A stretch of DNA of 64,000 bases, taken from contig NC_089430.1 in NCBI RefSeq assembly GCF_026210795.1, positions 2,728,001-2,792,000 of the forward strand, in the 5' to 3' direction. Of the stretch, positions 13,457 through 27,380 are shown piece after piece (within the stretch, counting starts at the first letter, position 1; each line of letters begins with the position of its first letter). Origin of the DNA: Rhizophagus irregularis (Eukaryota). Made by a program: the position numbers and the translations under genes. Under the pieces are notes generated by a model that saw only the letters and a program-made list of their open reading frames with translations, had not been told where the DNA came from and made no database searches.

Positions 13457-13881
13457 ATAAAAAGAATTGATTTTTAAATATAATATATATAAATAAATTT
13501 ATTTAAATAAATAAAAATAAAAGAAGTTGTTACATGAAAAAAAGTATAAACCATTGCTTTAAAATCCTAACCAATTAGCTGAATTATTCATAAAATAACC
13601 CAAATTCGTATAAATAGTTGAATACAAGAAGAAGATTTCTCGATTTAATGGAGACACTTTCTATTTAAAATGGCAGCATGTTATTTGACTTGAGTTTTCT
13701 TAAATTTAACAAATAAAGAAAATAATACATAAAATAATAAAACTAACGATTTTAATATGATATTTAATGATTTTTATAACACACTAATACTTCTAATCCA
13801 TTATTTAAGCTTAATAATGTTAGCTAAGAAAACATCACAAAAAATTATATTTACATGAATGTTGTTATGAAACTACAAGAA

Positions 13882-15120
13882 TTTACTTATCTAATTCTAA
13901 TCTATTTAGATCCTTATTAAGTTCTTCTTGGTCTTAGACAAATTAAGATTTTTGACTAATATAATAAAAGATAATAATTATTAAGTATATCCATTATTAA
14001 TATAAATAATATAATGACTTTGTAGAGATTATAAAGGGGTTTAGCTTTTGTTTTTGTTTGTTTTTAATGTTAATACAATGGTAATATGGATACTTGGAGA
14101 AATTTGATGGTTGCATCCATATGGGTGGGTATAGCTAATTTAGAAAATAGTTTTCATTGTTGTTAACTAATTTTAATGTAAGCATATATAAACCATTAAA
14201 TTATAAAATAAAAATATATATATATATATATAAATAATATAGGTATAACAAAATCGTAAGGTTTGCTATGAAATGCTATAAAGAAATTATTTAAAGGTTA
14301 CTACTATACTATGTGAAGAGATATAAAGTACAATTCATAAATATTAATTACCGTATATAGTGGGCCACAGTACCCCAGGTATCTTGCAAAAATCGGGGGT
14401 TTGACCCTATACCCCTGGGTACTAAATAAAGCCTAAAAATTCCTTTTTTGCGAATATCTCACGATCTACCAGTCCAATTTGAACGATTTATTTTTTATTT
14501 TAAAGAGCTCAATAAGAGCTATCAAACAAAAAAAAGATGGCTCAAATCTGATCACTGGATCACGAGATAATTGTAAAATATCCCCCTGTGTACTATACAA
14601 TTCTATGAAATTTTTCAAGGGGGGTACTATGTATAGGGGGGGTACTATGGCCTGTGATATATGGTACCTTTTGTTCTTCTATTGATATTAATATAAAAAT
14701 AATAAATATAGTAATTTTTGAATAATTAGTATTTATTTAAAATAAGGATAAATCTAATTGTAACAACTCTCAATTTTCCCAATTTTATCCAATTAAAATT
14801 TAAGATTAGGCATAATATAAACAAAAATAAAAGATTAGTCGTATAACTAAGACAAAAGAATTTTTTAAAAAATTTCAAGAACTGCTTATAACTTAAAATT
14901 TTGTTTATGAAACTTTTTTAAGTACATTAAGTAAAAGTTTTCCAAATTAAATTTTGCATATAAAAATTTTATTTGTAAAACACATACTAAATTTATTATT
15001 AAAAAAAAATAAAAAAAGAATGTTACAAATTAGATATGTAACAGGCTGTTACAAATATATTTATTTTTAAAATAATAATGACTTTTTTATATTGATATTT
15101 TACCTTCAGTTGCATTTCTT
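13882..15120 (-). pseudogene. 3' remnant of a kinase (array copy 3): end of exon 2 and exons 3-5
   Basis: RNATEG end at ~15100, 12-nt micro-exon at ~14670, FHSKPYDF exon at ~14250, final exon at ~13890-13955; the 5' part is missing. Confidence 0.85.
14351..14664. mobile_element. Tc1/mariner-type MITE, copy A
   Basis: TA|CCGTATATAGTGGGCCACAGTACCC TIR with TA TSD; near-identical to 17407-17721; empty site near 6920. Confidence 0.9.
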
Positions 15121-15560
15121 GCTTGCTCCAAATATCTTAGAATAGGCTCTACTATCTAAATCCATATTTAGAATTACCATACCATTCTGGAATTAAACAA
15201 CTCTGAAAATAAGCAATTCTGACCTGCATTATGATGATTTTGACCAAAATTATGCTTAATTTGGCTGGAATTAAATTCAAAAAAATAGTTGTTTAATTTT
15301 AGAATGGTATGGTATATAATAAATAAGCAGTTTGTAATAATTTTAGTGATTAAGAGATTTATAGTAACTTCACTGATTTATAGCAATTTCAATAATTTAT
15401 AGCAATTTCAGTAATTTATAGCAGTTTGTAATAAGTATAGTGCAGAACCTCTATACTCAACTACTTATATATAGTAACAATTGATTAATTATAAATTCCT
15501 AAAAAAAAATTTTTTTATATTAAAGTAAAAAATTTAACCAATAATTTTTATAGATATAAC

Positions 15561-16214
15561 CTAAGCTCTAAATGGTCCAGATTGAGAAGTAACTTAGGAC
15601 TGGACCAAAATAATTAGTTCATTTTGGTCCAGTCCCAGCTTATCTTTTAACATAAACTGGACCAGACTGAAATAAACCAATTATTTTAGTCTGGTCTGAT
15701 CCGATCCTATAATAAAAAAACATTGCGTGTTTTTTTATAATAATATATTAAAAAAACATTTTTGCAACGTTTTTTCATTAAATTAATTAAAAAAATATTG
15801 CGAATATGTTTTTCTAGTTAAAATTACTTTGAAAAAACATTTTGCAAAATTTTTTTATTAAATTATTATAGAAACGTTGTGAAAATGTTTTTCTATAATA
15901 ATATATTTAAAAAAATGTTTTCACAACGTTTTTTCATTAAATTAATTAAAAAAATGGTGTGTAAACATTTTTTTATAATAATATATTAAAAAAAACGTTT
16001 CGCAATAATTTTAATATAAAAAACTATTGCGAAAACATTTATTTGGTCTAGTCCAGTCCAATCCATAAAATTTGATCCAGATTAGATTTATAATCCAAAA
16101 TTGAATTAGACCGGACTGAATATTTTGGTTCAGGTTGAAACATCAACCCAGACCTGACCAATCTGAATTTTCAATCCAGATTGCCAGATTAGAACCAGAC
16201 TGATTAAAGCTTTA
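15561..16214. mobile_element. hAT-like non-autonomous element with an internal degenerate tandem repeat
   Basis: Ends taagctct/aaagcttta flanked by atataac; GGTCCA/GGACCA subterminal motifs; ~38-bp degenerate repeats at 15710-16040. Confidence 0.55.
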
Positions 16215-16492
16215 ATATAACTATTAGCTTTAAAAATTATCAGTTATTTTTTTTCTAAATTAAATTTTGGCTGAATTTTAGCTGTTTAAAAATCTGTAAT
16301 TTAAATATATTGATTAAATTTAGTCAAAATTGAGACTAGTTTAAATTTTTGTATTACAAGTTTTTTTAGTTATATTTAATGTACAGATTTTTTTTTAATA
16401 TGCCAAAAAGAAAAAAAATTTTAAACCTGCAAAAAAAGATTTAATGAATAAGATTGTTTAAATATAGGTCAATTTAATATTATAGATGATAA

Positions 16493-16646
16493 GAGCAGTG
16501 ACATTTATTACATAATATTTTAGGGGTGGAAGGGTATTTAAAGGTCATATAACATATAAGTGTAACATAAAATTTTCCATATTATATGGGGGTGGGGGAG
16601 TATGGACTTATAGTAAATAGATATTACGTAATAAATGTCACTGCCC
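16493..16646. mobile_element. PIF/Harbinger (Tourist-like) MITE
   Basis: TIR G(A/G)GCAGTGACATTTATTAC with TAA TSD. Confidence 0.8.
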
Positions 16647-17406
16647 TAATTATATACCATCAAGTGAATATTTAAAAGACAGTTCAAATGAATTTATAAA
16701 TGAAAGAATTCAAACACTAAGTAATTTAATTTGGTCAAAAAATACATATAATAAAATACAAATCTCATTATCGTATACCTGATTCATCAGTTTATAATAA
16801 AATACAATAAATAAATATATTATATAAATTTTATATTATATAACTTATAAAATCCTAATTTCTGATTGGTTAATATATGTATCACATGATGCTTACATAA
16901 TCTGAAAAAATTGAGACTTTTTTATTTTATAAATCAATTCCTTTTAATAAATAGAGTTTAATTTTTTTTATAAAATTAAAATCCAATCATAAAATCAAAT
17001 TTTATTTAAATTTTTTAAGTTCCTATTATAGAGGTTCTGCACCATATATCATTTAATGGATATTGTACGGTGTTGTATTTATATTGGTTAATATCACAAA
17101 GTAACGTTAACCAATATAAATACCACTGTACAATATCTATGTTATCATACGGCTAATGCAGATCATACTCAAATAAACTTAATATTCGATATTGTACACA
17201 AATAAACTATTGATATTCAATATTGTACGCAAATAAACTATTGATATCAATATTGTACGATAATGAAAATATCGGACAAATAAAATCAGCATGATCCTAT
17301 AGGGCCGTGCGATAAAATAAAATATTAGATTCATTTTTATTTGAGGTTAAAGGATTTAGCTGTGCATATATTCCATTTTTCTTAACATCATGGATCAGCT
17401 AAATTA

Positions 17407-17721
17407 CTGTATATAGCGGGCCACAGTACCCCGGGTATCTTGCAAAAATTGGGGGTTTGACCCTGTACCCCCGGGTACTAAACAAAGCCTAAAAATTCTG
17501 TTTTTTGCGAATATCTCACGATCTACCAGTCCAATTTGAACGATCATTTTTTTATTTTGAAGAGCTCAATGAGAGCTATCAAACAAAAAAATGATGGCTC
17601 AAATCTGATCACTAGATCACGAGATAATTGTAAAATATCCCCTCGGGTACTATACAATTCTATGAAATTTTTCAAGGGGGGTACTATGCATAGGAAGGGT
17701 ACTATGGCCCGCGATATACGG
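17407..17721. mobile_element. Tc1/mariner-type MITE, copy B
   Basis: Same TIR and TA TSD as 14351-14664. Confidence 0.9.
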
Positions 17722-17799
17722 TAGATAAAATGGCTAAATTATTTTCAGATTAGCCAGATGCATTGCATATCATATATAATAGGAGCCCAAACAATATAT

Positions 17800-17954
17800 G
17801 AGGTCTTTGCAATAGAAAGGTACGAAACTCAAAAAATATCAAAAATTGAATTAATATTAAATTTGCATTTATTTTAGTAAAAAAAACATAATTAGCATAT
17901 AAAGTAAAATTAAAATTTTTTTTGAGTTTCGTACCTTTCTATTGCAAAGACCCC
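17800..17954. mobile_element. MITE with ~35-bp TIR in an (AT)n tract, probably nested in a larger element (~17780-19003)
   Basis: ggtctttgcaatagaaaggtacgaaactcaaaaaa and its reverse complement. Outer ends aggagcccaaacaatatat / atatattgttcgggtcct. Confidence 0.8.
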
Positions 17955-19314
17955 ATATATATATAGGTCAGATGAAAAATTCAAAATTTATTAAGGTCTG
18001 CTTTTATCTAACCCATAAATTTTTTACACTGCTAAGCAACTTATTTTATGACATATATATATTAATATATAATTTTTTTTATAAAATATATATAAAAAAA
18101 AAACTAAAAAAACAAAAATTTTTGACATAATGCATGGATAAAGCTATTATTATTTTTTTGTAATATTACAACTTATAAATGTTTCTTATTAATATTTTCG
18201 TATATCGTTTCTGCGACTTCAGAGCGTAATTTAGGCACTTTAGTCAAAGGAAACATCCAAAATCTTCATAAGTAAAGTTGTTCAGCAGGTTCGAATCTAC
18301 TTACATATAAATTTTTATCATGATTGAATAGATATTTATGGATTTATTCATGTTTTTCGTAATGCTACCAATACGCGGAATTTTTATTTTTAAAATTTAC
18401 TGTAAATTTATTAAAAAAAAATATTTTTAAAAAATTTTCTAAGTAAAAATGAAATAACTTTTATTGATTATTACAAAAATTATAGTGTAAAATTATAAAA
18501 AAACAGAAAACCACTTATTTTTCTGTTTCCACTCACCCGTTGCTCTCATTTTGAATATATATTTTTTAAATATTACACAAACGCGTATATGTTTATATTT
18601 TTAATGTTATGCGGACATGTATTTATTTTATCAAAAACACGTTACATGATCATGTCTAAAAATGGTCCCTGTATCATGTATACAATTAACTTAATCTTTG
18701 TATAAAAATAGTAAATTTCTTTTACACAAACATATTTATAACTTTGTTTACATATTTTATTAGATTTTTTTAATGTGAAAAATGTAAAATATATTTTATA
18801 TTATATATATTAAAAAATCTATCTTGCTATGCAAATATATATCTGACTATTAATAATTTAATATCCTGCTATGCATAATTATATCTGACTATTTTAAAAT
18901 TATGTTATCAAATAAGCAATAATAAATCTCACATAGGAAAAAATTTTTATATGTTGGTTAAGCAAACTCAAAACCTACATTTATATATATTGTTCGGGTC
19001 CTTATATAGTAGTACAAAAATTTGTATTACAGGTATTACCCTAGCTCTTCACAACTCAAATCACAAGATAATCAGCTCCAGATACATATCATATAACATA
19101 AAAATTTGTATTACTCAATCACTATAAATCACAGGATGATCAGCTTATTATTTCCCAATGATTTTATAAAGCAAGGGCTTTCTTAATTTGTTTCTAGTCA
19201 GATTTTGCATAAATTGATTAAAGGTTTCTTTATTATATTTAATCAATTATTTTTGCAAAATGATAAATTTATTTTTTAATCTGGCTATTAATTTCCACAT
19301 GTATTATTTGAATA

Positions 19315-19504
19315 TAAATGTCAAATGACCAAAAACAGGCAAAAAAAATGGCACGAATTGCATGAACTATTCGCAAATTTGTATAAACTATTTACAAATA
19401 GTATAGGTTAATTCGCAAATAGCTAAAAATAGCCAAGAATAGCCAAGAATAGCCACTGCTTTTCACACCATTTTTTTTGCCAATTTTTAGTATTTCAACT
19501 TGTG
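19315..19504. mobile_element. Second copy of the 11502-11701 MITE
   Basis: Direct similarity along its length, including AATAGCCAAG repeats. Confidence 0.85.
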
Positions 19505-21030
19505 TAAGAAATAGGCAATATTAAAGATACTGGACATTTAAGCCAACTTTGGGGCGTAATTTTTTTTTGATCTGTCTTAATGAATTTTTATAAATATTTT
19601 TCTATACATTTATTTTCTTTGAAATCTGTTTTTAGAGGAATAAAATTGTGAGAGTGATTTAAAAACTGTTGATATACCCTATTTTTTATACTTACTGGAA
19701 GTTTATCAGTAATTTGTTTATAGTCAGAATGGAACATTATACTCAGTTACTTTGCATGCAAAATTTTGCATGCAAAAATTAAGTAAATAAAAATAGTTTG
19801 CAATACAAAATAAAATATAATATTGCAATAATTATTATTTTTTCTATTTGGTTTTATAATATAATTAATATACTATATATTATTTTATTATTTCTTAATC
19901 TGTACTTTTGATTTCAACATCTAAAAGTAATACATACTGCTCTATTCTTTTTGTGATCTATTGTTTGATATTCACTACATTTTTTGGTTGACCTCTTTTT
20001 TTCTTCTTTACTGTGAATAGTTTTTGAAAATTTTTAAATGCATTTTTTAGAACAATAAAATAGTATATTTATTGACTCACCACCTAGCTTTCATGTAGTA
20101 ATTCATATTCATATTGTTTAATATTATGTATTCTTCTCACTGTTATCTGAAATGTTAAGTTATAATCTTTTATTCTTTTCCAATATAGATGGCATTGATA
20201 GTTTCAAAATTCTTTACTACCGGTTTACTATATTTGCCATATTTAATGTCATTTACTGTGTAACAATTTTTTACTATAAATTAAGAAAATCATAATTCTC
20301 GTTATTTTGCACAGGTTTTTTATGACTTTCTAGTGAACATGTCAAAAATGTTTTACCAGCATTTGGTTCATTATGTGTGATAATCTCAAATATATATTCA
20401 TATATAAAACCTAACAATGATATCTGCTGCAAAGATAAACTTTAGTTATATGTTTCTTCTTTATAGAATTCTTTTAATCTTGCAAAAACTTTATCACCAA
20501 TAATTGCTAAAGCAAACTTTAATTCACAAGAAGTATAGGGAGATTGACAAAGGTATGCCCATTGATGATTTCATTTACTGGCTCCTTATTGGTATGAATA
20601 TGTACTAAATTATAACTATAATTATCACTATCACTAAGTGTGCTAATATATCTGAATATGTTAGTGTCAATATTATTAACAGAAGTCATAATCATTTTAT
20701 TAATTTCAGATATTTATCATTCTTAAAATACTACCACATAATAAATAAAATTTGTGAAAATTATCCTTTGAAAATTTAGAATAAATTAATAATCAGCATT
20801 TATTTAATTCAGATTCTGTCAAAATTTGTATATACAATTTATGTTGATTTACAAAAATTCATTATATGTAAATCCTTAAGTGATGATATATCTAGATGTT
20901 TTATTATTGATTATACACCACATATTGTCTCTTCCTGCAACTCCATTATAGTCTTCATTTTATTTCCATTTCACATCAAAAGCATTTATCTTATCATGAG
21001 TAATAAGATATAGGTGCAGATAACTGGCAT

Positions 21031-21326
21031 AGGACCCCGGATATCTAATATAAAGGTTATAATGGACTTTTGGCCAAAAACACCCCTTTTTGCTGAAACT
21101 CAAAAAATCGTTTTTTGTAAATATCTCAGCATCCAGTAATTCAATTTTAATGAACTTTTTTTATTTTGTAGCCCTCATTTAGCTCTACAATTTAAAAAAA
21201 AGTTCATCAAAATTGGACTACTGGATGCTGAGATATTTACAAAAAACGATTTTTTGAGCCCCTGAAAAATGGGCCAATCTGCCGAAAGTGTGACTTATGA
21301 CCTGTTTTGGAGATATCCGGGGTCCT
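21031..21326. mobile_element. Palindromic MITE with 8-bp TSD
   Basis: TIR AGGACCCCGGATATCT; perfect TSD ACTGGCAT at 21023-21030 and 21327-21334. Confidence 0.9.
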
Positions 21327-22424
21327 ACTGGCATCATCTACTAACAGTTCAGAACCTTCCTTTAACAAAACACTTATAATATAACATCCAAAAAATATCT
21401 TTCCTATTTCTGGATTTCTGGTGATGCAGAAACATTTAATGTTTTTTGCTCTTGAGAATGATTTTCTTGAAATAGTTATAACAGTACTTATAGATATGTG
21501 TTTTATTTTCAGTTCCTGAAAGTGACAGAAAGATAATTACTTTCTTGTTCAAGTTTAAATCAATAACAGTTCTAGCAAATAATGTAATTTTTCTGGTATT
21601 TTTTTTCTAATCCTCTAAATAAATAAAAGTATAAAGAATGATATGAATCAGAATTCTGATAATTCATTTTATTAGTACTTACCTTCTAATATTTTTGTCT
21701 TTTTGTAATAACTTGAATTAACAGAGGGTAAGAGTGGCTGCAGAAATGGAAAAGATTACTAGTGTCACATTCAAATTGACCAATCATTACAATGCAAAGG
21801 CTTATCTTGATATTCATCTAAATTGGATTAGAAGAACAAAAACAAAGTTAGTTAGTTAAATACAGTATATAGCAATATGTCAAGAATTTTTCAAAAAAAT
21901 ATAATGTCTTTACCAGTCAAGAAAAGCTGCCATCTTTTTTATAATAAGTGACATTAAATTAACATTAAATAAATTAAAAACTTTATTAAATAAAATGCAT
22001 TATTTGGTTTATTATTACATAAAAATATTAAAACACAAATTCTGGGTTATAAAATATATTTATTGAGTAAATTATTACATTGTAAAAATAATTATTAATT
22101 AATATGAGAATAACTTCTTTTGAACCATCCTCTTCAAAGTTACTCTTTATATAACTAATTTAAGGGTACTTATTTTGGGGTTATTAATTTATAATGTTTC
22201 ACTATTTTTTAATGTTACATCATAATTACTATTATTATTGTATATGTTCTATGTAAGCACTGGACATTTTTCATGTATGTTATTGATCACTTTATAATAG
22301 TAATACACAAATTTTGGTCACTTTATAATTAGTAATATACAAAATTTTGATCACTTTATTATAAAATAATAAATAAGATACGCGATAAAGGTCTCAGTTG
22401 CTTACGTCATACATATCCAATAAC

Positions 22425-22556
22425 TTTATTATCAGTCACGTTTATGATAACTGATTTACACTAGGATGCTACTCTATCATGTGGCCTTCGGCCATATGAT
22501 ATACATAACAATCCTAGTGGTAAATCAGTTGTCATCTACAACATGACCGATAACAA
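22425..22556. repeat. Hairpin centred on TGGCCTTCGGCCA
   Basis: Imperfect ~60-bp inverted arms around 22482-22494. Confidence 0.75.
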
Positions 22557-23750
22557 TTACTTATTAATGTTTATCATCATATAGTCTTTAATTTCATATT
22601 TATTTCATAATAATATGATCTGATTATTAATTATTCCAATATTATTTACTCTTTTTAAAACAAAATTTTTGTTGATATATTGAGTTTTTAATAGTATATT
22701 GATATAATATCAGTATACCGAGGTCAAACTGTAAAGAGGTAAGCGAGTAAATAGTACAACTCAACTTACTACTAATTTTGAAAGCTTCATTTATTAACTC
22801 AGGTGTGACATCTGGAACACGTTTTTTATATTTGTCAAAAAATTTATTAAGAGAGAATTAATAAAATAATTTTTGGAGATTTTATATTATTTATATATTT
22901 TGAAATAACTTTTAATCAGTTTAATCAGCTATTATGTGAATGCATTCAAATCTGAATGAGCTTAATGAGCTTAGTTTAATTGATTAGTATTATTAGATAA
23001 CTGAGAACGCATTTTATAAGTCCAAAGTATGAGTTTCTTATTAATATATTGATTATCTTAATAAGAAATGATTATAAAATTTGAGTCATTGTTAATGTTT
23101 TATTATAATATCACTGTATATATAATTGGAAAAAAAATGCAAGAAAAAATTAAGTAAAAGTTTAATTAATTTAAACTATTTGTATAACTGATAAGTAAAA
23201 GATATACAGTAAATAACTGTTTGATTGATGCATTTGATGCATAAATATGGTCACCAAATTTGTTAAGAACTTAAAAATCTAGTGATTATTCTATTTTCAT
23301 TATATTCAAATTTTTATTATTAAATTTATAACGTAAATCTTTAAATCTCAGATATTTAATAAAAACTATGAATCAACCTTTGCGGCTTTACCTTTTTGAT
23401 TATAATTGATGTTTGTTTGTAAGTGATAAGCTGTTTTAATAGTAACTAGTAATTATCAAAATGTATTGGCAGAAATTTTGATTTTTGTAATTTTATATTC
23501 ATTGACGCGCTATAAAATAAATAATTTATGTAAACATACTAGTAAAATGAATCAAATTAATTGAGTTTTTACTGTATTTTATTATAATATAAAATATGAT
23601 AATGATTTTCAAAATTTAAAGATATAATTCTATATATCATCCCTATAAAAAATAATTGTTCATTAAATGTTCAAAAAATGATAATTATTTGTTGTTCATT
23701 AATCAACTGAAAATCGTTCGCTATTTGTATATAATTTTACACATGATATA

Positions 23751-24234
23751 TACAGACCCCTACACTAATTTACCGGATTTCATGAAATTTACTTAGTAAT
23801 ATATAGTAAAATTGATGATTTTCGGGCTGCATAAAAATTTATGAGTTCGCAATAAAATTTGGCCAAATTTTTTTTATTTGAATGCCAATTGATTATAGTT
23901 TTTAAAAATGTAATCAGAAATATTCTATTTTAAAATGCAAAGAAATATTTATTTGTAAAGTAATGGATGAGATAATTTTATATGTAAAAATGAAAAAAAC
24001 ATATAGAAAAATTATTGTTATACTTTGCAATGAGAAAATTTTTTTATATTTTAAAAATTTTTCTTTTTTGTTTTAATACTTAACAATTATAATTGATTGG
24101 CTTTTTTAAAAAAAAATTCTGGCTGAATTTTATTAAAAATTCATAAACTTTTATGCAGCGTGAAAATCATCAATTTTACTATATATTACTAAGTAAATTT
24201 CATGAAATCCGGTAAATTAGTGTAGGGGTCTGTA
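23751..24234. mobile_element. Foldback MITE with long near-perfect TIRs and 9-bp TSD
   Basis: TACAGACCCCTACACTAATTTACCGG.. inverted repeat of more than 70 bp; flanking CATGATATA at 23742-23750 and 24235-24243. Confidence 0.9.
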
Positions 24235-24579
24235 CATGATATATAAAAAAAAATGAGCCCAAATTGAATGTTATATGAACATATTTTGCTTAAATTTTGT
24301 TTATAAACTAAAAGAAATTTGTTTATTTGTAAGTTTAATTAATGTACATAATATATACTTAAATTTGTTTATAGCATATACATAAAGTATACATTAAACA
24401 GCAAATTATTTTAATAACTACATCAGGAAATTTTATAGCGCGAAAAATTGCGTAAGTTTACGATTTTGTAAGTTTACGAAAGTTTATGGCATAATATTTC
24501 GAAAAATTTCAAAATATTACGTAAGTTTACAATTTCGTAAGATTTATGTGATATTACGGTTAAAATATTACGTAAGTTT

Positions 24580-24947
24580 TCAATATCGTAAGATTTACGC
24601 AATATTACGGTCAAAATATTCTGCAAATTTACGAAACTGTAAACCTGCGTAATATTACGGTTGAAATATTTCGAAAATTTACGAAACTGTAAACCTGCGT
24701 AATATTACGGTTGAAATATTTCGAAAATTTACGAAACTGTAAACCTGCGTAATATTACGGTTAAAATATTTCAAAAATTTACGAAACTTGTAAACCTGCG
24801 TAATATTACGGTTGAAATATTTCGAAAATTTATGAAACTGTAAACTTGCGTAATATTACGGTTAAAATATTTTGAAAATTTACGAAACTGTAAACCTGCG
24901 TAATATTACGGTTGAAATATTTCGAAAATTTACGAGATTGTAAACTG
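24580..24947. repeat. 50-bp tandem repeat, about 7 copies
   Basis: Unit acgaaactgtaaacctgcgtaatattacggttgaaatatttcgaaaattt starts at 24631, 24681, 24731, 24781, 24832 and 24882. Confidence 0.95.
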
Positions 24948-25309
24948 CATATGCAGTAGAACGTGTACAAGGGGCATGTGATACTATTGAATAATCAAAA
25001 ATAATATAAACACCTTTTCTTTTATATAAACACCAGTTTGGGAAAGCAAATTTATTTTTATTTACGAATTTTTTATTATTTACAATTTTTATGTTAAAAA
25101 TTAAAGTAAATTCTAATTTTTATTATAACTTAATAAAAAAAATACACATTTGATACTTGTTCGCTACTATTTTATAAAATAGTACCCAGGCTGTACGGCG
25201 TGGACGTCAGTATCAGTCACAGCCCAAAAAAAACGTGAGTCTCCAGCCGATATTTGTACGACGGACTGGGCCTAGCTACTCACTTAATAAATAATAAAAA
25301 AATAAAAAT

Positions 25310-25935
25310 AATTATCTTCTTCTACGATACGTAGGTAAGTTTCTCCTTGCCCTACGATCGTCACGCGTGACTAAAATTGATCAAATTTATCAAATTTAAA
25401 ACATGAACGTAAATATTAATTATAAATTTTATTATAGTATAATTACCCGGCCTCTCCCAAAATCTCGTTCTAAATTCGCGATAATATCTTGCGCCGGTAC
25501 GCGTCCACAGCCGCCGCCCAGGGTTACCATTACGATAAAGGACATAGTTCTAAATATCAAAATCAGTTTGAATATTCGGTAAATACATTTAATTTATATG
25601 AATGTAATGTTATTTATTTACTTACATGGTAATCCCGACGAGGTTCCTCCACTTTTGGCTGCACTGTTGCCCGGAAACCCTCGTTCGAAATATTCTATTT
25701 ATTCTGATTCAATTAAATGGATTGGTTAATTTGAATTTAAATTCTTTCTTAAAGAAATTATAGATATTAGTCATATGAACCTATTGGCAACAGAGTCCCA
25801 AAAATCTTGGCGGCTTCTACCATTAATATTGTGGTAGGCGCGGTTTCTGTCTCGGCATATGTCAACAAGTTTGTCCATCATAGCCCAGTTCCAATGGACG
25901 TTATAGTGGGAACGACGACGTGTGTGGCGAGGCAT
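25310..25935 (-). pseudogene. Multi-exon Myb/SANT (trihelix)-like DNA-binding protein, frameshifted
   Basis: Spliced translation MPRHTRRRSHYNVHWNWAMMDKLVDICRDRNRAYHNINGRSRQDFWDSVANR|INRIFRTRVSGQQCSQKWRNLV-(1-nt gap)-DYH|NYVLYRNGNPGRRLWTRTGARYYREFRTRFWERP; GT-AG introns; 3' end uncertain. Confidence 0.75.
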
Positions 25936-26719
25936 TATTAGTAATTTGATTTTGGGATGAGTAAAAATTTGAAAGAAAGTCGTAAAATGTCACTTTAAAT
26001 AAAATTTGAACAATACCTCTTTGGTTTGATTTTATTTCTCGTTTCAATTAAAATTTAATTTATTAGACTTTTCATCATTAAACATATTAATTAAATCTCA
26101 TGCGGATATGGATTATCTAAATATAAATATCATGATTCTAAATATAAATATAAATCACTTAATTTATTTTAATTTTTTTTAAAAAAAAAATCTTAGTTTG
26201 ATTTCAATTAAAAATAATTAAAAATCATGTACATGTTTTGGTTATTTAAATATAAATATCAATATATTATATTTAAAAATAAACCAATTTATTATTAGCA
26301 CATTCTATTGAATTTTAAAAAAATCAATTTTTTTTTTAAAAAAAAATCACATATTTAAAAATAAAACAATTATATTCTGATTAAATATTTTGCGTACATT
26401 TCTTAAAAAAAATCATAAAAAAAAATCTTGTACGTCGTACATGCAATTACTAAATATCATCCCCTTGTGATAAATAAAAAATTACGCAACACAAATTCAA
26501 CACAAACTCAACACAAATTTATCAAATTTAACGAAATTTGGCTAAAATTAATAATTTTTTACCAGAATTATCAACACAAATTGAACACAAATTGAACACA
26601 AATTTCAGTCACGATTTATTTATGTCACACCCGCTATACGATGTACATGATTTCTGGCCAATCAAAATTAGGCTGATCCTTGCATCATTTAATCATTTAA
26701 TCATGCACGCGTTTTTGTC

Positions 26720-27380
26720 TTATTTATTTTTGTTTCTTATTTCTTTATTCTTTTGTTCAATATTTTTAATTTTTTTGTCTCTTCTTTCTATTATTTCTTT
26801 AATTATATACAATATATTTACATATATTTCATAATTTATTGCTTTGCAGGTATAGAAATATTTGTTTATTAATACTAATTATTTTCATTTTTTTTTACCT
26901 CTTTGTTATTTTGTATCGTAATACTAACAATAATATCCATGTTTCCTTTATTCCTTTTTACTTGTACTTTAATACTAACGATACTAACAATACTAACAAC
27001 ATGTTTATTTTTTCCTTTCTCTTTATTTCTTTATTCTTTTGTTCAATTACTTTGCAGGTATAGAAATATTTATTTATTAATACTAATTATTTTAATATTA
27101 ACGCGTTTTTTTTTACCTCTTTGTTACTTTATGTCGTAATACTAACAATACTATCTACGTTTCCTTTATTTCTTTTTACTTGTACTTTAATACTAACGAT
27201 AATATCCATGTTTCTTTTACTCCTTTTACTGTTTCTTTAACTCTTTTTACCTTAATACTAACAATAATAACAATATTTCTTTTATCTTTATATCTAATAC
27301 TAACGTTACTATAGCTGTTTCTCTTCTTTTTACGTCTAATAATATTGTTACTCTACTCTTTCTCTTTTTTACTTTTATGT
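26720..27380. repeat. Low-complexity ~210-bp duplication with AATACTAAC micro-repeats
   Basis: 26840-27000 is repeated at 27050-27220. Confidence 0.75.

Larger units (their letters stand above)
15438..17044. mobile_element. TA-flanked DNA transposon relic hosting nested elements
   Basis: TIR tagtgcagaacctctata / tatagaggttctgcacca with TA on both sides. Confidence 0.7.

Noticed and set aside
14479..17724. Two similar 62-68-aa ORFs
   Set aside because: Both lie inside copies of the same MITE and start at TTG; no coding signal.
24580..24947. CRISPR-like array
   Set aside because: Contiguous 50-bp units without unique spacers, no cas genes, eukaryotic context.
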